DNA of 64,000 nucleotides from Eledone cirrhosa (lineage: Eukaryota): assembly GCA_964016885.1 (NCBI GenBank), contig OZ024741.1, positions 226,238,001-226,302,000 on the forward strand, read 5' to 3'. Each line of letters opens with the position of its first letter. Positions within the stretch are counted from its first letter, which is position 1. The notes under the pieces were generated by a model, which was not told the origin of the DNA, made no database searches, and saw only the letters and a program-made list of their open reading frames with translations. Shown piece after piece: positions 55,969-64,000 of the stretch. Position numbers and translations under genes: made by a program.

Positions 55969-56010
<42 letters not shown>

Positions 56011-56011
56011 T

Positions 56012-56068
<57 letters not shown>

Positions 56069-56108
56069 AAAGAATGAAACGAAAAGTCATTTCTCAATCT
56101 TAGTACGG

Positions 56109-56175
<67 letters not shown>

Positions 56176-56710
56176 GTATATATATATTAAGAGAGCGAGA
56201 GAGAGAGTGCGTGTGTGTGAGAGAGAGAGAGAGAAAGAGAGAGGGGGAGAAAGAGAGATCTCAGCACAAACATACACATATACATAGTTCTACAACACAC
56301 GCCCACATATTCAGAAAGGTCTTCAATAATTGGGTAAATAATATAGAAAACAGTTTGCTAATCTAAAAATCTTAATCATCTGATTCTACCTGAGGATGCA
56401 CACCAAACTGAACGGTTATTAACGACTTCTATTCATTATCATCGCAACCACCATCAACACCAATCAACACTACCAACATCAACACTACCAACCTAACACC
56501 ACCACCATCACAATCACCACTACTATCAACGACAATAATAGCAACATCGTCGCCACCCACACAACCACCACCAACAACAACGCACTACTCATACTACCAC
56601 CACCACAATCACCATCATCATCATCATCATCAGTCGCGATCACCAGCGGCATCAATTTCATTGCTGTTTTAATGATTTCAAAATTCTCTTTCTCTCTCTC
56701 TTTCTCTCTC

Positions 56711-56752
<42 letters not shown>

Positions 56753-56894
56753 GGTTTGAAGGTTCACCGCTGGATAGAGGTGGTCAATTCCGTATGGTCA
56801 ATCTTAATGTAATAATATGGAGAGTACTCAACGTAAAGCAGTTCAACCGTCTTTGTTGTTGTAGTTGGTGGTGCTATTACGGAGTTAAATATTA

Positions 56895-56984
56895 TAATTG
56901 TTTCTACTATTGGCACAAGGCCAGAAAATTACCCAGTACATTACTGGTACTTTATTTTATCGACCCCGTAAGGATGAAAGGCAA
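56895..56984 (-). mobile_element. MetaSINE 3' half truncated by adjacent insertion
   Basis: Stops at aggatgaaaggcaa. Confidence 0.85.
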
Positions 56985-57812
56985 TGACAGGAGGCTGGTC
57001 TTGTGTAAATCCTTGAAAGGTTTATTATACTATGTTCATTTCAATGACCGGGTTCCGTATATCATCAGGTATTCGAAATATAATAAATGAATGTAATAGA
57101 TAAAATCCATGGGGCTGAAAATCAAAGACCGGAGGACGACCGACCATCTAGCATCTTCCACTTTAGCCAGTCGCCCTCAAGTGCTGGCTATTCGGTCTAC
57201 TTGAGGCTATCTGGTGAGGGGGGTAAAGCTTATAGTGTGCTACTACCCTCCCGGTCAAATAGAAGAAAAACAGAAAGGGAGAGGAAGATAAGTCAGCGTT
57301 CATATCCTGCTACACGAAAAAAGACAGCAGGAAGAGGGAAGAAAAGGAAGAAGAAGAAAATTCAGCGTTAATGTCGAGCCACAAGAAGAAAGACAGAAAG
57401 AAAGAGGAAGAAAATTCCGTACTAATGTCAAGTTAGTCAGGCCAGGAATGGCGCGAAAAAAATGTATTCTAAAAGACCCGCATCTTAACAGAGGTATATA
57501 TTATAACAGAGGTAAATATAGTGGGGGTCTGCATGTTATAATGTGTGATCAGAAGATTAAATTTTTGTTTAGATTTATAGGATGAAGTTACAAAAATTTA
57601 ATATTTAATATCAACATTATAAAATTAAAGAAATTAGAAATTGAAAAATTGAAAATTAAACAGTTTAAAATGTTTAAGGTTTTGGTTGCGAGGTTTAAGT
57701 AAAGAAAGAGTATTTTATGAAGAAACTTAAATTGTATTATAGAGTAAAGATTATGTCTTTGTTTAACAGTCAAACCTTTCAAGGATTTACATAAGTCCAG
57801 CCTCCTGTCATT
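56983..57812. mobile_element. 830-bp non-coding element with 41-bp terminal inverted repeats
   Basis: aatgacaggaggctggtcttgtgtaaatccttgaaaggttt vs reverse complement at 57772-57812 (2 mismatches). Confidence 0.75.
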
Positions 57813-58269
57813 TTATTATAATATATATATATATATAAGTCATGCCAGTTAACGAGGGAACCCACGGGCTGATATGGGGGAAACTACATGATTCTTCGAA
57901 AATTTGAAAATGATGGCCTTAAATCACACCCCACCGTCTTAGAAAAATAAGAATATATCACCAAAAAAGCAAAATGTATATCCAAGGATGAAATATTTGT
58001 GTCTTTAGGTTTACCTTTGTTATGTGAGCTAGTCATAGATATAGAAAGAATACATAAGAGTCAAATCTGCAACTCCTATGATTATAGATCTGTTCAGTGA
58101 TGACTGACCATGAGTTAAAGAACAACAAAAATATATGCATGCATACACGTTCCGTATCGTCTGAACCGATAATGGTCCAACCAAACCACATTTAGATACA
58201 ACCTCTAACATACCACGTCACTTTTACTATATATAGACATCTTCAGGCAACTATTATTCAAGCTAACGA

Positions 58270-59462
58270 GGGTGGTGGATTAGCAGTATCGGTAGAGGGT
58301 CTGACGCCATGCTTTGCAGCAAAGAGTTACGGTCCTTTATGGTCTGATTTCAAATTTCCGCCGAAGTTAACTTTGCTTTTCATCCTTATGGGGTCGATAA
58401 AATAAAGTACCAGATCAATTTAATCGACTTTCCCTTTCCCCAAAAATTACTAACCTTGTGCCATTTTTCGATCTAACGGGTAATCTGATAGAAATAACAT
58501 CCAATTCTTTCTCAAATCTCACCCTACTGTTTTAAACGTTTAAAGCATGATACATTGGATAAAGGTAGTCCTAGATGAAATACGTCTGAAAATGGACGGA
58601 ATGGTCACAGCTAATCATCAAGAACAACAACAACCATTATCATCCTCAACTCCACTTCCTATCAATATCCTCATTTGCATAACTGCGACATCTAAGAAAT
58701 GTTCCATGCATTATTTTGCTGATTTCGGCCTTTTCGAAATTATTAGCCACCTAAATAAATTGGAATATCTTCTCGTAGGAATTTAAGTATTCCAATCAAA
58801 ACTCGCATAGAAATGGCGTTCGTTATTTTAGTCTAATCACTTATATTAATGGCGCCCATTATTGGCAGTATCGGTAGAGGGTTGGACGCCATGCTTTCCA
58901 GCATAGTTACGTCCCTTTCCGATCTGAGTTCAAATCCCGCCGAGGTTAACTTTGCCTTTCATCCTTACGGGGTCGATAAAATAAAGTACCAGTAATGCAC
59001 TGGGTAATTGCTGGCCTTGTGCCTAACGTAGAAACAATTATTTCATTTTAGATTAAAGATCTCTTACATTCGTACGTGTGGAGAGATTCGATAAGATCGA
59101 TTGCAGTTCATCATTGGTATGTACACTGTCAAATCTTTGACCGATGCAAGGCAATGCTGATGCTAGAAATATTTAAAATAAAAACGTAAAACCTCATTAC
59201 TAAACTGCAACGGATTATTTTAATGCGTGGATTGGCAGTATCAGTAGAGCGTCGGACACCATGCTTTGCAGCATAGAGTTATTGCCCTTTGCGTTCTGAG
59301 TTCAATCACGCCGAGGTTAACTTTGCCTTTCGTACCAGTAAAACACTGGGTAATTGCTGGCCTTGTGCCTAAAGTAGAAACAATTATTACGGGGACGATA
59401 ACATAAAGTACCAGTAATGCACTGGGGTAATTGCTGGCCTTGTGCCAAAAGTAGGACAATTA
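58270..59462 (+). mobile_element. Three MetaSINE-type copies (58270-58465, 58860-59042, 59228-59462 with duplicated 3' end)
   Basis: Head, core and tail motifs. Confidence 0.9.
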
Positions 59463-59810
59463 TTTTAATGGGTCAATGTTGACGTTAGTCCACCGAAGCT
59501 CGATAACATGAAGTAACTGTAAAGTACTGGGATCGGCATAACCGAATTTCCACTTCCCACAACATGCTTGCCTTGTGCTTAAATTAGAAATTGTCACTTC
59601 AATTCGTGACTCTACTGTTTTACACATTCATCCATCATTCCATTTATTATAGAATCACGGTTTATAAAAATGACGCAAGATGTACTACTGAGGGGAATAC
59701 CAGGTTTTTAGATTATACAGCTCAGAATAATGAAAGAGACAGAATGTATTTTTCTGAGGCTTTAACTTACTCATATGCACACATGCGCATGCCATTTAAA
59801 TACACACATA

Positions 59811-60104
<294 letters not shown>

Positions 60105-60446
60105 TTGTGTGGTTGTGTGTGGTTGTGTGCGTGCGTGTGTGTGTGTACACATTTATGAGCGAAGGGTTGGCAGAGTCGTTAGAGTGTGAGAGAAATGCTT
60201 AGCAGTACTTAGTCCCACATCTTTACGTTTTAAGTTCAAATCTCACTGCCGTCAACTTGTTCTTCCGCGGTCGTTAGTAATTGTGTCAATACAAGCAAAT
60301 TGCTATTGTTCCAAATTCGCTCATCTTGTGCCAAAAATTATAAAATATTTCATGTATGTTCGAGTATAAGTGACATGGGCATGCGTCAGTGTATTTATAC
60401 ATATGAGTAAGTAATTATACATACCTATATATATATATATATATAT

Positions 60447-60551
60447 AAATGGCTTCTACAAGACTAGAACTGTTTCATTCGAATGAAATCATCAGGGCTT
60501 TCCTGGTGATTTCCTTCGAATGAAGCAGTTCTAGTCCTGTAGAAGCCATTT
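60447..60551. ncRNA. Palindromic fold-back of two hammerhead motifs
   Basis: 50-bp arms; plus copy GGCTTTC-CTGGTGA..GAAGCAG ttctagtc CTGTA-GAAGCC; minus copy has canonical CTGATGA..GAAAC. Confidence 0.7.
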
Positions 60552-60610
60552 CTATATTAAATATAGTGGTTGCCCCGATGGAACCCACGACACATTCACA
60601 CACACATACA

Positions 60611-60758
<148 letters not shown>

Positions 60759-61186
60759 TACATATCTATATATATAAACACAGTGTGTCACAAAAATGTA
60801 CAAAACATGTAAACATTGTAATAGAAGTGTGTATATATTTTTGGGGGACAAGAAGAAATACAATTCTATGTCGTACAGACTATATGTACATTTATTGGGG
60901 GACTAGTGGTATAGTAGTGAAGGATCATTAGTCTCTGAACTAACATGTAACTCGTCAGCCACTGTGAAGGACTGCATTTTCACTTACGCCAGTAATATAT
61001 ATGTGTGGGTGCATCTTTGAGTATACTTAGTTCTATAACAATTTATTGCAGAGATAATGTACATGTTTATTTGAATGGATTAGTAAATAAGGGAATGAAA
61101 GTATGAATAATCTGATCTGTACAATAAGAAACTAGGAAATTGTTGTTTTCCATTTGCATATGCAGATGTTCTAGCATAATCATACA

Positions 61187-61305
<119 letters not shown>

Positions 61306-61356
61306 GTCTGTATGATTATGCTAGAACATCTGCATATGCAAGTGGAAGACAATAAT

Positions 61357-61473
<117 letters not shown>

Positions 61474-61514
61474 ATATATATATATAAACATATCTATACA
61501 CACACACGATAGCA

Positions 61515-61960
61515 ATTAACAGCGCTGCGATCGAATGTGGCTTTTTAGGCCAGCCAATGATCTACAATGTCTTGCACAGAGTCGGCAACCAAAACATTCA
61601 CTGGGAATAGTCGGCTGTGGTTGGAGTTTGTGTACTTTTGCATGTCGCTTGAGCCCTCCTCCTGATTTACATTCTCTACCACATGCTTGGCAAGCATGAT
61701 GAGTAGCATCTCAACAGCAGCCTGGTAGTCAACCACTGGTCTTACTTTATGACTGCGAAGATGACTTTCGAGTCCAGCTTTGCTTAGGCAGAGTCTCGCA
61801 CAGACGCTGCATGTCAGCACCATAGGAGGACTTTCGCCGTCTGGAAGTGCCAGAGCAATGTTCTTCCTCACATCCCGCTTTACTTTCTCGTATGCGATTC
61901 GAGATGCCTCAAAGGCAACTTTTCCCTCATATACAGTCTTTCTCCTTTTATTACGATCAT
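61515..61960 (-). mobile_element. RTE-clade LINE C-terminus with three C2H2 zinc fingers
   Basis: DR..R..V.EG..FE..R..KR..RK; CSVCARLCLSKAGLESHLRSH; CQACGRECKSGGGLKRHAKVH; [20 protein letters not shown]. Confidence 0.75.
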
Positions 61961-61989
61961 GCATATATACATACATATATACATATATT

Positions 61990-62893
61990 GGCTCCCACTT
62001 TGAAGGATACGCTTTTGCAATCCAGGAACAGGAGATTAGCACGAAATACCTGATTCACAAAAAAGATAGGGATGCAGGCAAAGCACCTAGATGTGATAAC
62101 AAGTGCAGACTCTGCAGAACTAACATCGATGTTATCACCCATGTCATCAGCAGCTGTCCAAAGATATCATCCCGGTACTATCTACCTATGAGGCATGATG
62201 TAGTTGCCAAAAAATTGTACAATGCAGTTCGTAAAAAAGATAGCCTCGATAATAAACACATTAAAAGCTACAACAATGTGGAAGACATCCATGTACATAA
62301 TATGAAAGAGTACTGGTGGAATGTTCCAGTAAAAACCCCAATAAAATGCAGGCATAACAGACCAGATATTATGATATGGGACAGGGAGAATAAAACATGC
62401 ACAGTAGTGGAAATTAGCTGCCCAACAGATGCAAATATAATATCAAAGATTAGTGAAAAGGAGAAGATTTATGCAGAACTGATGAGAAATCTGCAGATAC
62501 TCCACTCTGATTATACCTTCAAATTTATGCCTGTGATTATTGGGGCACTGGGATATGTTAGTAACTGCCTCAATACAAATCTTGAGAAGCTAGGCTTCAC
62601 AGGAACAGAAAGAACACAACTAGTTAGGAAATTACAAGTACAATCCATTAAGGGAACAGTAAAAAATATGTAAAACATTCCAAAGATTTTGCATCTAATA
62701 ACTGCATATACACATGTAGAGATACAAAGCATGTACACATCCACATATACAATAACATCCATATCTACACATGCATACATACGTATCTCCCTAGTTGATG
62801 TTGTGTAAATTCCAATGAGAGAGTCTTGTGTCTATGTTAGGAACCGACTCTCTCTCTATTGGTAAAACTTTGTGAAATTATAAAACCAGAAGA
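61990..62893 (+). mobile_element. R4/Dong-clade non-LTR retrotransposon 3' part (CCHC + restriction-like endonuclease)
   Basis: EG..FAIQEQEI.T, CRLC..ITHVISSC, RHD.VA, HNRPDI, VEISCP, K..EK..Y, PVIIGALG; ends in (CATA)n. Confidence 0.9.
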
Positions 62894-63489
62894 ACATACA
62901 TACATACATACATACATACATACATACATACATACATACATACATACATGCATATATTCATACCTACATATATACACACATACATAGATGCATAGATTCA
63001 TACATACATACACACATCGATACTTACATACAAACATATATACATATATACATACATATATACATACATATATACAAACATACATACAGCCATGCATACA
63101 CGCAACACATACATACATACATACATACATACATACATACATACATACATACATACATACATACAAACTCTCATACCATCCTACACACATGTTAAATGGC
63201 GCAGATATTTTTGCTTTTTGTTTTGTAAGGTTATTTCAGAAGCATTCCAAAGTAACAAAACGAATGGTTTCTTCTTGTGAAATAAATACTAAAAGTATGA
63301 AGACGTTGATATACACCTAGAATAGAGCAACAACAACAACAATAACAACAATAGCATATATAAATAGATCAATAGATCGATAAATAGAGAAATAGATGTT
63401 TTGTACACATCATTGATCAATATATAAATAAAAACACAATGTGTGTATGAATATAAGTGTGTGTGTATATATATATATATACACACACC

Positions 63490-63548
<59 letters not shown>

Positions 63549-63776
63549 ATATATATAAATATATATGTGTATATATATATTTATATATATATATATATAT
63601 ACGTGTCTGTGTGTGTATGTGTGTGCATACGTAAATACATATATACATATATATTTAGGTAGATATGTATGTATATGTGGGCATGTACGTATGCATGTGT
63701 TTATGTGTATATGCGTGTTTGAACACTCATCTGTACGAATAACGATATTAAGGAAAATAAATGTTATATGTGTGTG

Positions 63777-63865
<89 letters not shown>

Positions 63866-63877
63866 TTAATATAGATG

Positions 63878-63928
63878 AGATTCTACAGGACTAGAACTGT
63901 TTCATTCATTAGAAATCATCAGGAATCT
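63878..63928 (-). ncRNA. Canonical type I hammerhead ribozyme motif
   Basis: AGATTC-CTGATGA-TTTC taat GAAT-GAAACAG ttctagtc CTGTA-GAATCT; 6-bp stem I, 4-bp stem III, GUA triplet. Confidence 0.8.
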
Positions 63929-64000
63929 GGGTATCAAAATTAAATATGGTATTTATAGGTCTCTACAAGTGGTAGGAGAGGGTGGGGAGTTGGATGGGTG

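Noticed and set aside
61780-62673. Single 297-aa gene
   Set aside because: Chimeric ORF: antisense RTE end, then microsatellite, then the R4-type endonuclease

Overview
Eukaryotic (metazoan) repeat-saturated DNA. From the microsatellite load and SINE repertoire it is most likely an intronic or intergenic stretch of an octopus/cephalopod genome (inference). I cannot support any complete host gene; there are only two weak exon candidates. Almost all ORFs in the track come from microsatellites. Recognisable content: two Penelope-like (RT + GIY-YIG) remnants, a near-full-length decayed Tx1/L1-clade LINE, a deleted Helitron, RTE, CR1-like and R4/Dong-type (RLE) fragments, about 30 tRNA-headed MetaSINE-type copies (several in tandem arrays), other SINEs and fold-back elements. 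The most striking unannotated signal is a set of about 10 type-I hammerhead-ribozyme motifs in at least four sequence families, all in (TA)n/(TG)n-flanked Penelope-type elements. These include a U3:A8 covariant core, fold-back double-ribozyme minis and a 1.7-kb non-coding carrier. Different retroelement clades also appear to occupy different microsatellite targets: TA, TCTA and TACA.
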